A DNA stretch of 64,000 nucleotides from Eledone cirrhosa (taxonomy: Eukaryota). This document shows positions 1-12,289 of this stretch, piece by piece (position 1 is the first letter of the stretch; every line of letters begins with the position of its first letter). The stretch is from NCBI GenBank assembly GCA_964016885.1, contig OZ024743.1, positions 189,844,001 to 189,908,000 of the forward strand. The letters are read 5' to 3'. The translations under genes and the position numbers were made by a program. Under the pieces are notes generated by a model. The model was not told the DNA's origin. It did no database searches and was given only the letters and a program-made list of their open reading frames with translations.

Positions 1-740
1 AATGCACTGACAGTATATATAAATCTGGTAATCCTATAGTTAGAACAAAAACATATGTCATGTAAATAAAAAGAGCAAACAGATTTTATTGAAAGTTACC
101 ACAATTGTATTGTACTGACTGTGTGGCCAAAACCATGCCTCTCACACAATCTTAAGGAATTTATATTTTTTATTTAATCTTTTCATTATGTCCTAAAATA
201 TTCTTAGGCTTCACCACTGCGACATACAAGCAACTGGTGGGACATATTTGAGAATATCTGGTATATAGTAAATATGAGTATTGGAAATACCTTTTTACTA
301 TATACTGAACCACAGGGGTCTCACAAGTATTATAACCATCTATAGTTTTGATCTGAATTAGCAATACAGTTGGGGAAAAACTATTCATTAACAAAAAATA
401 GCTATTGCGAAAAAGGCAAAAGCTTGCCAGAGGGATACCCCTCTGAATTCATCAAATCTACATAAAATGAAAAGAAATCGATGGTCACAAAAAACAGTGC
501 CAACATCTGAAAAGAAAAGCTCCCAGTAGGCAGGTAATTGAAATAAGAGCCAATTATGCATTTTGCAGAGAAGAATACTATCGCAACTTTCTCTGGCTAA
601 AACATTATATAAATTGTGTATATGTAATTTAATTTTATAAACTAATTCATTTTCAAATTTCAAATTTACTAGAGTTTCAATTTCTTTTAATTTTATTTAC
701 CTGTAAAGTGAATGAGAGTATGCTTAATGATTCATTATAT

Positions 741-783
<43 letters not shown>

Positions 784-936
784 GCAAGTGTGGAACATGG
801 ACGTTAAACGATGATGATGATGATGATGATATATATCCAGGGTGAGTAATGCGAAGGTACTGTAGGTTCACCCAGGTGAGCACTCTATGTTTAGGTTCAT
901 GTCAGTTGCGAGCTGTAGAGCTAGACAGAGTGTAGT

Positions 937-1128
937 ATAATAATCGTTTCTACTTTTGACACCAGGCCAGAAATTACCCAGTACATTACTGGTACTTTTT
1001 TATCGACCCCGTAAGGATGAAAGGCAAAGTTAACCTCGACGGGATTTGAACTCAGACCGTAAAGCGAAGTAACTATGCTAGAAAGCATGGCGTCCAACCC
1101 TCTACCGATACTGCCAATTCACCGCCCT
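937..1128 (-). mobile_element. tRNA-derived SINE, family A
   Basis: Reverse complement contains B-box-like GAGTTCAAATCC and body GCCTTTCATCCTTACGGGGTCGATAAAA..GTACCAG; similar copies recur across the window. Confidence 0.8.
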
Positions 1129-1139
1129 ACAGAGTTTAG

Positions 1140-1402
1140 TATAATAATACAAGGACGATTTGTTAAGCCTTCATTAAATTTATTGATTGGTGACGTGTGT
1201 TTCACTATTGATCAGCTCAAGGTTCGATCTGTATTGATTTGGCCCAACTCTGGAATCAAAAGCTTGTCAGACCTCTGTCATAGTAATGACAGAATCGATA
1301 CAGCTTGATACAGATCGAACCTTGAGCTGATCAATAGTGAAACGCGCATCACCAATCAATAAACATAATGAAGGCTTAACCAATCGTCCTTGTATTATTA
1401 TA
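1140..1402. mobile_element. MITE / foldback element with ~94-bp inverted arms
   Basis: 1141-1234 (ATAATAATACAAGGACG...GGTTCGATCTGTAT) is a near-perfect reverse complement of 1308-1401; ~73-bp spacer. Confidence 0.75.
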
Positions 1403-1484
1403 TTACAGGGTCGATAAAATAAAGTACCAGTAATGTACTGGTTAATTGCTGGCCTTGTGCCAAAAGTAGAAACAATTATTATAT

Positions 1485-1684
1485 AAGGTAGTGGATTGGT
1501 AGTAACGGTACAGGGTTTGACGTCATGCTTTGCAGCAAAGAGTTATGGCCCTTTATGATCTGAGTTCAAATCCCGCCGAGGTTAACTTTGCATTTCATCC
1601 TTACAGGGTCGATAACATAAAGTAGCAGTAATACACTGGGATAATTGCTGGCCTAGTGCTAAAAGTAGAAACAATTATTATTAT
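1485..1684 (+). mobile_element. SINE family A, near full length (partial copy also at 1405-1482)
   Basis: TGAGTTCAAATCCCGCCGAGG, TTTCATCCTTACAGGGTCGATAA and an (ATT)-type tail. Confidence 0.8.
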
Positions 1685-1812
1685 ATATATAATAGTATAT
1701 ATATATATATATATATAATTGTATGTGTATATATATATATATATATATATAAATTTTGCTCTACATGGCTGAATACAATAAATGTAATCTGAGTTTTTTT
1801 AATATTAATAAT

Positions 1813-1940
1813 TGTTTCTACTATTGGCACAAGGCCAGAAATTACCCAGTACATTACTGGTACTTTATTTTATCGACCCCGTAAGGATGAAAGGCAAAGT
1901 TAACCTCGGCGGGATTTGAACTCAGAATAGCAAGGGCCGT
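1813..1940 (-). mobile_element. 5'-truncated SINE family A with 15-bp target-site duplication
   Basis: TTTAATATTAATAAT duplicated at 1798-1812 and 1941-1955 around the SINE. Confidence 0.8.
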
Positions 1941-2022
1941 TTTAATATTAATAATAACATTCGATTCGTTTGCAATTTTATAGCCATGTCAGTAGAATGA
2001 ACATTTCATTCTTGCTCTTGTG

Positions 2023-2102
2023 TTGGCATGTGAACAGAACTGCAGATACTAATGTTTCTGGGTATCACCCTTCATCAGTACAGCTCACTGTTCACCTGCC
2101 AA
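2023..2102 (-). ncRNA. Type I hammerhead ribozyme (stem III partly decayed)
   Basis: Minus strand GAGCTGTA-CTGATGA-AGGGTGATACCCA-GAAA-CATTAGTATC^TGCAGTTC; stem I extended by TTGGCAGGTGAACAG/CTGTTCACATGCCAA. Confidence 0.7.
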
Positions 2103-2465
2103 ACTGTCAGAGCTAGTGAAAATATATACTATTTTCAAAAATACACAGTGACTGATCGGCCTGATTTGCATATTAGCAGACTGGCTGATCAGTGAGATCT
2201 GCATATTAGCAGATCCACTGATCAGCCAGATTTGCATATCAGCAGACTGGTCAGTCAGTTTCCTGTATATGAGCGATAATTGGCCGGCTTTGCCAAATTC
2301 AAATAAAAAAGAAAATTTCGCTCTACATGGCTGAATATAATAAATGCAATCTGAGTTTTTTGAATATTAAAATTGAGGCTTGTTTGCAAAATTGCAAACG
2401 AATCGAATATTATTATTAATATTCGAAAAACTCAGATTACATTTATATATATATATATATATATA

Positions 2466-2822
2466 TATTGTTATACTTTGGGAGGGTCACATTGCCAATA
2501 AGAAACACATGCACCAGTTGCTTTCACTCCAATTTATTATAAATTAAATTATAAATTTAAGAAATTTATAACTTTCCAGTTGGTTGGTTGGTTCCACAAC
2601 CGGACGGTTGTTCATATATTGTCAAAGTTCTTTCGTCACACATTCTGTGACTTCATCAGTGACTGGGGATTCTTTTCTTTGTTTTGTGCCTCTCCTTTGT
2701 TCTGTCCTATGCCATCTTGTTTTTGTGTGTGAGTTGTCACTGATGAGGTCACAAAGTATAACAATATCGGTTTCAACACACGTTTTCAGATAAAGAATCT
2801 TGCTAAACAAATTCAGAAACGA
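2466..2822. mobile_element. Penelope pLTR-like remnant (hammerhead family C) with divergent hammerhead motifs
   Basis: Minus GTCA-CTGATGA-AGTCACAGAATGTGTGAC-GAAA-GAACTT^TGAC at 2621-2663; truncated plus copy GTCACTGATGAGGTCACA at 2736-2753; homologous to 49013-49505. Confidence 0.65.
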
Positions 2823-3019
2823 TATATATATATATATAGGGTGGACCAAATTTGCAATACATAATTATGTTTTGAAAAGAAGCAATTTATTTATATAATA
2901 TGTTTTATGTGGAAACTTAAAAATGTAATTATTTTTCCTATGTATTGTGACTTTTCTTCCACCCTGTATATGTATATGTGCATTTATTTCATTTGTAGTT
3001 TTGTATGTGGTTATTACAG

Positions 3020-3392
3020 AATGATCCCAGGAATCTCTCACTTAAGACTCATTACAAACAAGAAAGTCTACAAAAGAATCACCCAGTACATAAGCCACCT
3101 TGAATATCTGCTGACCATGGTGAAAAGGAGAAAGGTGAGGTGGTTTGGGCATGTAACAAGATAAGACAGACTCTTCAAGATGATTCTCGTAGCAGCAATT
3201 CAAGGGAAGAGAAGGTGTAACAGACAGAGGAAGCAGTGGATTGACAAAATAGATGAGTGTTTGGGCAAGAACTTTTCCACAACCCGAACACTCACTCATG
3301 ACCACCAAAGATGGAAGCAACTGGTGCAAAGTTCAGCACTGCAATGACATAACAATGCCAAAATGGATTAGGGGACTATGATGATGATGATA
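3020..3392 (+). mobile_element. RTE LINE 3' fragment
   Basis: Translates to ...VKRRKVRWFGHVTR...QGKR..RQRKQW; (GAT)n tail. Confidence 0.7.
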
Positions 3393-4299
3393 AAGTGTGT
3401 GTGAATTGTTTTCATTTTGTATTTTTTCAAACATCAAATCCTGTATATTACCTGTATGGTAAACCTAATTTATAAGCACTCACTCACATCAGAACATTAA
3501 ATAATATGAACAATGTGTCTATATTGCAATTTTATTATATAACTAGTTGAATACTGGCTATTTATTTATTTTATATGGTGGTATTCAAACAAAATTTAAG
3601 TTATTTACAGAATTTTTGGAAACAAAAAATATATGAGATTTAATAAATTTTTGTTAAAGTGCATTCCAAAATCTATGATCATATATCAATAAATATAAAA
3701 GTTATAGTTGTTTCACCAAACTAGATCTTGATTATTATAGAACATAATTGAAAAACTTAGAAATATAGTAATCAAATTGAATATTTCATATTTTTTCTCT
3801 TTTTGGAAAGTAAAGTTTGATTTGAACGAAACTTTGATGCTATTTCAGGGAAGTTGCAAAACCAAGCAGAGGTTCCTTAGTGCTAGGACTATATAATAAA
3901 ATGACCCTTCCTTGGTTTTAATACGCACTAAATTAGCATCTATGTGACTATATATTTCACAGATTCATATGCCCTCATAATTCCCACAGAAAAGCAGCAT
4001 GGCAAGGGTGGCCTTTGAATTACATACATAGTCTATCTGATGGGCTTCCAGTTTCCATGTACCAAAATTTATCCACAGATGTTTAGATGATCTGTGCTTA
4101 TTGTATAGAATAATTTTTCAAGATTTCTGTCACATAATGGGATGAAACCATGGATCTCATGACTGTAAACTTTATAAGCATTTGGCCTTGCCTGCATCCA
4201 AATATATTCTCTTTATCTATTCAATCAACAAGATCCCATACTTCATTCGCTTACTGAGTTGGGTGGAACTCATCAAATTAGACCAAGGAAACAATGTTT

Positions 4300-4470
4300 C
4301 CATTGGTCCAGCTATTGCTGATACTTTCCAGTGGTTGAAACTCCAAGCAAAAAGAGCAACGTAAAATTAAGTGTATTGCTCAAGGACATAACACATTGAC
4401 CAGTCTGGGAATTGAACTCACAACCTCATGATTGTGAATTCAATTCTCTAACCACTAAGCTATGTGTCTT
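4300..4470 (-). mobile_element. SINE family B (CORE-like), decayed
   Basis: GCTCAAGGACATAACAC...GAATTGAACTCACAACC...CTAACCACTAAGC matches the reverse of the 30634-31020 head. Confidence 0.65.
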
Positions 4471-5465
4471 TACTTCAAATACATAATACAGGATATATAA
4501 TTGTTTAATGTTAATGGAACTATGGTGGAATCAGTAAAACAAGGTTTAAATTCCTAGCAATAAATACCAACATGCACTTTTCATTCCTCTTTGAAATTAT
4601 TTCACTTTTTTATATTGCTAAATTCCTTGAAAAGAAAAAAGTACAAACATTACATTCCTAGTTCTAATTAGACTAAAATTTATAGCTTCCGTGCTTCAAT
4701 GTCAAATGAAACCAATATTAATTGTTTACCTTGGCACAAGGTCACAAAAGTTTAGGAGAAGGGGAATAGTCAATTGAATAAAGCACAGTACAATTACATG
4801 TATTTATTTTATTGACCCAGGGAAAAGTGAATACCAACAAATTGGATCTCAAAATGTAAAGGAATGTAACTATGCATTGAGTGTAATATTCTACCATTTC
4901 TCTTATTCATACTACTCAATCAAAAAAAGAAGCCAATATTAACAATTATTAGCATATGTTGCAGTCTTGTTGTCATGTATCATCTTTTGACACATGACAT
5001 AAAGAATAAGAAATTGTGCTGGAATGTTGATGTCTAATTTGCTTCTATAGAATCTAATTAACATCTATAAATGAATGTTAAATGAAATTTGTTCAATTCA
5101 GCATTGGGACAGTAGGTTGTATTTCCAAGAAACTTGATGTGTGCAACTATAGCACATTGAACATGTTTCTTTTTATGTTGATTTCACATCTTCTATTCTA
5201 ATTATATACAGTGTATATACTAGCATAGTATCTGTACAATAAAACAACATTGACATTTCCCTTAATACTGGGTATAGTATAATGTTCAGTGTGAGCTAAA
5301 AGCAGCCATGATAATATACACAGCAATTTGAACATGTTAGAAAAGCAGCCAAATATTTTTTCAGATTTAACAGTCTTCTATGAAAATCAATAGAGTGAAC
5401 ATAAGCTTGCTCAGTTTGAGCTAAACTGGTTCTAAACAGCAATGATAACATGTAAACCAAATGTA

Positions 5466-5680
5466 TGGTGGATTGGCAGTATCTGGAAAGTGCCAGACAA
5501 TATGCTTTGCAGCACAGAGTTATGGCCCTTTACAGTCTTAGTTTGAATCCTGCCAAGGTTGGCTTTATCTTTCATCTTTACGGAGCTGATAAAATTAAGT
5601 ACCAGTTAGGCACTGGGGTCTATTTAATCGACTTTCCTCCCTTAATTGCTGCCCTTGTGTCTAAATCAGAAACCATTATA
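5466..5680 (+). mobile_element. SINE family A, diverged
   Basis: TTTCATCTTTACGGAGCTGATAAAATTAAGTACCAG body and ATTAT tail. Confidence 0.7.
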
Positions 5681-6149
5681 AAGTGTCCTGAAACAGAGAA
5701 CATTGTTTTATCTCATAGTTTATTCAGTGAAAATCACAAGAATAAATTCACCTATGACTGAATAAGACTAATTCTTTAGAGCAATATCTCTCAAATTGTA
5801 TCGAAATAACAACAAAGCATCTTCAAATGAAAGCAGCACCCAAACTGTAAAGTGATTGATGATAGAAAGGGCAAGTAACCAGAGAAAACTTGCCAAACAA
5901 AGCATTGAAAGGACTATTCAACTGTATCAAACACATGACAACCTCTTTTATGTTGATGCCATGATATAATGCAGCCAATGCACTCTGTAGAGTGCATGGA
6001 TCTATATAAGTGAGACACGGTGTATCTGAGAGGACACTGGTTTTGATTAAATACTTGCTTGTCTGTGATGACCCATCTAAACCTTGTTAGCATGTAAAAT
6101 GAACATTATATGATGACAATGTTATATATATATATATATATATATAAAT

Positions 6150-6345
6150 ATAAATTAGCAAGAATCGTATTTCTGCTATTGGAAATTAGCGAAAAACAAC
6201 TTCCGAGATGTGTGGGAAGCGCTCAATAAATTCTAACGAACCAGAGCTACAACGTACGTTAAAGGGCCAAACACACTGAGACGATGGTTAAACCATTATC
6301 CTCACAGCCATAGAAACGACCAAGTAATTTGGGTCAAACAAAAAT
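6150..6345. repeat. Unclassified ~195-bp dispersed repeat embedded in (TA)n; second copy at ~18865-19065
   Basis: Shared blocks CCAGAGCTA, CACACTGAGACGATG, CACAGCCA, ACGACCAAG, GGGTCAAACAAA. Confidence 0.65.
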
Positions 6346-6574
6346 ATATATATCATCATCATCATCATCATCATCGTTTAACGTCCATATTCCACGCTTG
6401 CATGGGTTTGGACGGGAGTTTTCCCACTTGAGGCAAGGGTGGTTGTCTTGCTCGCATAGGACTGTCTGGCGGGTTTTCTATGGCTGGATGCCCTTCCTAA
6501 CACCAACCACATTTACATATATATATATCTATGCGTGTGTGTGTATATATGTATGTATATGAATGTGTGTGTGT

Positions 6575-6825
6575 GTATCATCATCATTTCATTTTACGTC
6601 CGCTTTTCCCTGCTTGCAAGGGTGGGACGGGAACTGATTCTGGCTTAATTTCTAACACCAATCTCATTTACAGTGAGTGCTGGGTGCTTTTTTGCCGTGG
6701 CACCTCCACGACCACTTTGCAGTGGAATGATATGGACCCCAGTCCTATCACCTCATTTCTACAGCTGAGTAAACTGGAGCAATGTGAAATAAAGTGTCTT
6801 GCTCAAGGAAACAACACATCACCCG
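6575..6825 (-). mobile_element. SINE family B, 5'-truncated
   Basis: Reverse complement of ~30705-31020 (CTACAGCTGAGTAAACTGGAGCAATGTGAAATAAAGTGTCTTGCTCAAGG). Confidence 0.75.
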
Positions 6826-6879
6826 TATATATATATATATATATATACAGAGAGAGAGATTAGTTTGGTCCCAGTGAAG

Positions 6880-7300
6880 AGGTTGTACCTATGACCTTGG
6901 AAGGTCTTCTGAGAACGGAGAGATTCATAGTTGTGACTAAGGGAAAACCTGAGCAGGGAAAGAATTCCAAGCCATTGGTTTTTCGGGAAAGAAATCATGA
7001 GAAAATAGGTTCATTGAAGGCTTGGTGATACAAGGAGTAAGGATGAGTGAAACACGTATGCCAGAGAGAAAGGGGGTTAGCCCCAAACCTGTCAGCTTTG
7101 AGAAGTAGAATCTACTGTAGAAGCAGTAGAAAAGGCAGCTTGGGGAGATGGCACATCTGTGGTCTGGATGGAATGAATTGGTGATGGGCTGCATGCTAAT
7201 TAAAATGGGTGGCCTTTTGTTTGGATGCAGTCTAGGATCCCTGTTAAATATTAACAGCACTGTCACAGATGTGGAAGCAATATTCCATTATAGAACTTAT
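6880..7300 (-). mobile_element. Decayed CR1/Jockey-group LINE 3' coding fragment
   Basis: ORF 6937-7266 retains SCLFY.FY, FFP and AWNSFPAQVFP motifs typical of CR1-group ORF2 C-termini. Confidence 0.55.
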
Positions 7301-7329
7301 GTGAGCTATTATTCATAGGAACAATACTG

Positions 7330-7665
7330 TTAATAATTGTTTCTACTTTTGGCATAAGACCAGCAATTACCCAGTACATTACTGGTACTTTATTTTATTG
7401 ACTCCGTAAGGATGAAAGGCAAAGTTAACCTCGGCGGGATTTGAACTCAGAATGGCAAGGGCCGCAACTCTATGCGTCAAAGCATGGCGTCTGACCCTCT
7501 ACTGATACTGCCTGTTAATAATTGTTTCTACTTTAGGCACAAGGCCAGCAATTATCCAGTGCATTACTGGTACTTTATTTTATCGACCGCGTAAGGATGA
7601 AAGGTAAAGTCAACCTCGGCGGGATTTGAACTTAGATCGTAAAGGGACGTAACTATGGCTCAGCA
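7330..7665 (-). mobile_element. Two tandem SINE family A copies
   Basis: CTGTTAATAATTGTTTCTAC...GGGATTTGAACT repeated from ~7327 and ~7512. Confidence 0.8.
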
Positions 7666-8996
7666 TTAGAACTTGAAATGTAGTCACTTGCAATGTCAAT
7701 CTAGAAGCCTTTTACAATGGAGTTGAAGTTTGAAATTGTTTGAAAACAATGTTCATCAAATGAAGGTTATACTTTTGATACTATGATGATATGTAATCCA
7801 AATGTTTATGTTAACTATTTTATATCTATTCATATTTTGAATCTAATAGAACTTGCATTGAACTAGCAAACTCTATATTACAGGCTTCTTCTGTAGAACT
7901 GATGAAGGTTATTCAAGTAGAAAAACAAGAAAAGCTCTTGCAACATCTTTAAGTTAGACCTAAGAAATGAGATATATTGTAACAAATGTAATGGACAGTG
8001 CATCATATCATGTAACATGTAGTTAAATGCGAGTCCAAGCATAAATATCAGCAATCTATAGCATTGCTACCCCAATGAAAGTGCAAGTTATGTGAATTTG
8101 TTTAAATTAAGATAAAATTTAAGTGCAGTCTTTATTTAACAGAAGTCTATCTTTATTCTCACTAACCAACATATAATTAATCAGCAAGTATTTCCACCTA
8201 AGATACATACAATCAATAAACCAATCAGCTTTTCCCCTGTCGAGTGTGATTGCTGAGAGTTGAAATACTAAAATAATGTATGATATACAATACAATCATC
8301 TACCAAATGTCAGTCAGTTTAGTTAGAATAGTGAAGTTAATGAATATATCTGTAAAACCTAAAATGTAGGTACAGATCTATGATAGTAGTAGTGATTCTT
8401 TACAATAATTACTACATCAGCACAGCATGGTTGGGTGGTAAAGAAGTTCACTTCAGGTTTGATCCTATAACACGGCATTTTAGACACGGGTCTATTGCCA
8501 TTGCCTAAGGTTGACTGATAATTTGTGAATCAAATTTTGTAGATGGAAACAAAAACGGCAATAATTTCTCTCTTTCTCTCTCTTGCTATATATTATAACA
8601 CTAGTTCATTATCAAGCGCATGGAACCTCAATGTGTTAATCACTTATTGAAAAATACAGAGCCTAATAATTTAGTTTAGGTAAAAACTAAATTCAAATCA
8701 TTTTATTAATTTTTATGTCCATTTAGATCTAAAGAAAGCTAATTGCAAGCATCAATAATAATATGAAGATTAATTAAATTATTAATTAAATCAACAAACA
8801 TTACAATCACATATCATAATTTTCCTCAGGAAACAAACATTAGATCTGGAGAATGTATGTTCCAATTACCAGGTAAAGCAGGTGATAATCAGCGAATATC
8901 AGACATGAAGTGAAAAGAATGTTTTAAGCCAAACATAAGAGATAGATTCATAAGCATGGCAGCGAAAAAGTATTAACGTTTAGTATTACACAACAC

Positions 8997-9186
8997 TAGT
9001 GGACTGGCAGTATCGGTAGAAGGTCGGACGTCATCTTTGCAGCATAGAGTTACGGCCCTTTACAGTCTGAGTTCAAATCCCGCCGAGGTTAACTTTGCCT
9101 TTCATCCTTATGGGGGTCGATAAAATAAAGCACCAGTAATTTACTGGGTAATTGTTGGCATTGTGCCAAAAAAAGAAACAATTATT
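8997..9186 (+). mobile_element. SINE family A
   Basis: CTGAGTTCAAATCCCGCCGAGGTTAACTTTGCCTTTCATCCTT. Confidence 0.8.
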
Positions 9187-9959
9187 TAAGCAATAAAAAA
9201 GTCTAATGTATATATCCTAATATATACATTATATAAGTCTGATATATATATCCTAATGCTGTAATTTCTGTTCATGTATGCAAACACAAGTACATTATAC
9301 TTACAGAGTGTTAACATGTCACAGCACATTCATTTGAACGTACAACATGTTTTATCAAGTAAAGCCTAACAACAGTATTAGAGTAGACACCGTTTATGGT
9401 GGTGCAACGTTATTATGGTTGGTGTATGAAAAAACATTAAAACTTTATATAATACTCATCAATATGAATCAACAATATTCAGTGTTCAATTACATTCTGA
9501 GTCAATGAATGTTTACCTATTTTAATTTAGATGGTGACCTCTAATATGAGTATATACTGTGTCATTGGCTTAATAACACTTTTCTATGTATTTAAATGTA
9601 GAACAAAACCTGTGTAGATCTACATATAGGTATGGAAAACTGAATTGGACTTAATTCTAATACTAATGTCAGGACTCAATTATCAATTGTAATAGAAATA
9701 TGTTGCGTGTTAAGAATATGGACACTAGGGATTGACAATGTATAGTTCCTAAAATAATTTTTAATTTATATTAATTGTTTATTAAGTAGGATGACATTTA
9801 TAATTGTAAAAAGAATAAGAAATTGTGTGGGGGCATATTGAAACTATTTCTGATTTTCTATTCAATAAATTTGGATTAGACTTGGTTACTAAGAGGCACT
9901 CAGATAAACACAAATTGAATTTTAGTCTACCTAGCTTATAAAATTTTGCTGCTTTAACA

Positions 9960-12260
9960 TGATATCAAGAGAGGAAGTAAAATGTGTTCGAACTTTTTAA
10001 ATCCCATATATGACTGGTGGGTGAGGTTGAAATCATCAGTCTGACATTCCTAAAAGAGTGAAGATGGAAGTAGTATCGTGATTTAAAATTATTCGATGTT
10101 GCACAGATGTGGGCTTTAGTACCATTAGCAGTGCACTGATATACTACCTTAGATAGGAGGCAATTACCTTTAAGGGCAACTTTGTGGTTGTCTGAAATTT
10201 CAATTATGGTTTTCTTTTGGGTTACCCTGAGTATTATATACAGTATTAAGGTTATCTAAATAGTTTGAACTTCTACAAGGGTAAGTGTTGCTCCTAGTTT
10301 TCTGTGTGGTTGTTTTGGTAAAGCTAACTATATTGTCTGATATTAAATTATACTTATTCAGTTTTGTGCAGTTGTTCTAGGCTAAATAATCTGCTAAATT
10401 AAGTGTTGTTGAGAAGGAAAGTTTGATAGTATTTTTATTTAACTGTTTATTGTACTTATATGATTATGGAAAACTTTTATCAATTATACTAAAGAACACT
10501 TTAGGTATATTTGCAGTTATATGTTTATTATAAGGTGGATCAAACCATGCGGTGGGCCTTCTATGGTTAGTCATTTTACCTAAAGTTTAGGTGTCATTAT
10601 ATAATGGTTGAAAGTTGTGCCAACGAAAATGACAGCTCAGTTCATTATTGTTGCTATCATCATCATCATCACCGTTTTAAGTCCGTTCTTCCATGCTAGC
10701 ATGGGTTAGACGGGTTGTCCTGTTGTGGGCAGTGTCTGGTCGGCTGACCATGCCATGCTCATACAGTAACTGATTTGGCTTGATTTCTACAGCTGGATGC
10801 CCTTCCTAACACCAACCTCATTTACAGTGAGTGCTGGGTGCTTTTTCTTGGCGCCTACACGTCCACTTTACAGTGTGGGCTGGGTGCTTTTTTGCCGTGG
10901 CACCTCCACGACCACCTTGCGGTGGGGGGTGTGGGGGCATATTGTCTATATGCTTCAGCTTGTACCCATGGGAGGTCGGGTACTCTGTATTACTGCGTGA
11001 CGCCAGAGGTCACAGTCGTGGTCATTGCCTTTGAGAGGTGTAATTGGGTAAGGTCGGCTTTTATCACCTCATGCCAGGTCATCTTGGGTCTCCCCACTCC
11101 GCGGTTTCCATCGACTTCTAGTGTTCTGCACCTTTTTATGCAGCTGTCATCCTTCATACGCATCACATGTCCATACCAGCGCAACCGCCTCTCCTGCACA
11201 CAGCATTTATTCCTCTTATGCTCAGTCGCTCTCTCAATTCATTTATGCTTTGTCGTTCACGTATATTACTGTTACACATCCATCGGAGCATGCAGGCTTC
11301 GTTTCTCTCTAATCTACGTAAGTCTTCCACCTTCAGTGCCCAGGTCTCACAACCATGCAACATCGCTGTTCGGATACATGCATCATGAGAATTATTATTA
11401 CTAACTAGATTTAAGGATGTTAAGGAGCTTAGCTCGTGAATTTTGTCCAATCTGAATGTTTATGTGGATGAAGTTTAAGCTATATCATACCTCCCCGTCT
11501 ATCCTGATTTAAATTATATCCTTATTGTTGTTTTCGTTACTATTAGTTATATTTCTATTATTGTTCACATATCTATTATTGTTAGCATATGTACATTCTT
11601 TCATAGCTACACTGTCCATATTTCTGTTAAATGTGATACTTAGTCTTAATAGAAGTAGTATTAACATGGTCACTAGCTGTATCATTTGTGGTGTTTTAGT
11701 TAGACTCTATATCTAGGTTATACTTAGATCTGCGTAATATGCTATGTGGAGTTTGAATTTCTAATTCTACAGTTATTTTTATCTATGCTGTATTAGATTT
11801 TCTCATTATAACTTAATCTAGTTACCGCTACATTGTAATGTTGTACATTTTGTTTAAAGATAAGGCTATTGGAGGATAGTCTAGAGATTCTAGTGGATAC
11901 ATTTTTACTACAGACTTAAGTATAGATTTAGGTTGGTTTGTTAGGTTATTTACATAGAATAGGTGCTCACCTGCTTTATGGTAAGGTTTATATAGCTCAA
12001 TATTTAGTTCAAACGTGATATCTAGGAAATTAACTAATTTATTATTTATATCTATAACCATTATCTTAAAAAAAAACAATGTAAATGTTTTTTTGTTCTT
12101 TCTAGGAATCTATTATTGCAGGTAATTGTGAAAAGAGCATTATCTTGATATATACTGCTGTTTAAGAAGACCAGCTTAGTAACCTGGCCTGAATCACTAT
12201 ATCCCATTGTGATATCAAAGTCCTAGTATATATAAAGGAAAATAGGGCCCAGATTCTCTC
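9960..12260 (-). mobile_element. Decayed Penelope-like element (RT C-terminal half plus GIY-YIG), interrupted by an RTE/SINE insertion at ~10655-11400
   Basis: Minus-strand translations FDITMG, YQDN (degenerate YxDD), VNFLDITF..YKPYHK, WFDPPYNK..NKNTIKLSFS, SCP.KGNCLLSKVVYQC..FKSRYYFH; hammerhead-like remnant CTGATGA near 10039 with palindrome GTTCGAAC. Confidence 0.75.
10655..11400 (-). mobile_element. RTE LINE 3' end with SINE-like 3' region and (GAT)n tail
   Basis: ORFs MLHGCETWAL..LERNEACMLRWM and RRLRWYGHVMRM..GRPKMTW; tail AACCCATGCTAGCATGGAA..GATGATGATG. Confidence 0.85.
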
Positions 12261-12289
12261 AGGGAAATATCATTGCTAACTATGAAGGA

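Larger units (their letters stand above)
1751..2445 (-). mobile_element. Hammerhead-containing non-autonomous element (retrozyme / Penelope pLTR-like), ~419-bp unit with terminal redundancy and an inverted segment
   Basis: Direct repeat 1751-1810 vs 2313-2370; 2387-2445 is inverted relative to the left end; hammerhead at 2023-2102; (TA)n on both flanks. Confidence 0.65.

Noticed and set aside
200-620. Possible decayed piggyBac transposase C-terminus (WKYLF.., AFCREEYYRNF)
   Set aside because: Similarity too weak and interrupted by stops; needs a profile search.
7898-7930. Isolated CTGATGA matches (also ~43284 and ~44106)
   Set aside because: No stem II, GAAA and stem I arrangement; expected by chance.
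8830-8872. Possible 43-nt host exon (TTTCCTCAG|...CAG|GTAAAG); similar candidates near 7884 (+) and 45985 (-)
   Set aside because: Splice-like signals only, with no recognisable protein or consistent exon chain.
10195-10205. TGA at the first Cys of the Penelope CxC motif, a possible selenocysteine as in some Naiad elements
   Set aside because: The copy is heavily decayed, with the neighbouring Cys mutated and a frameshift nearby; the better-preserved copy at 34.7 kb has Cys and I saw no SECIS.
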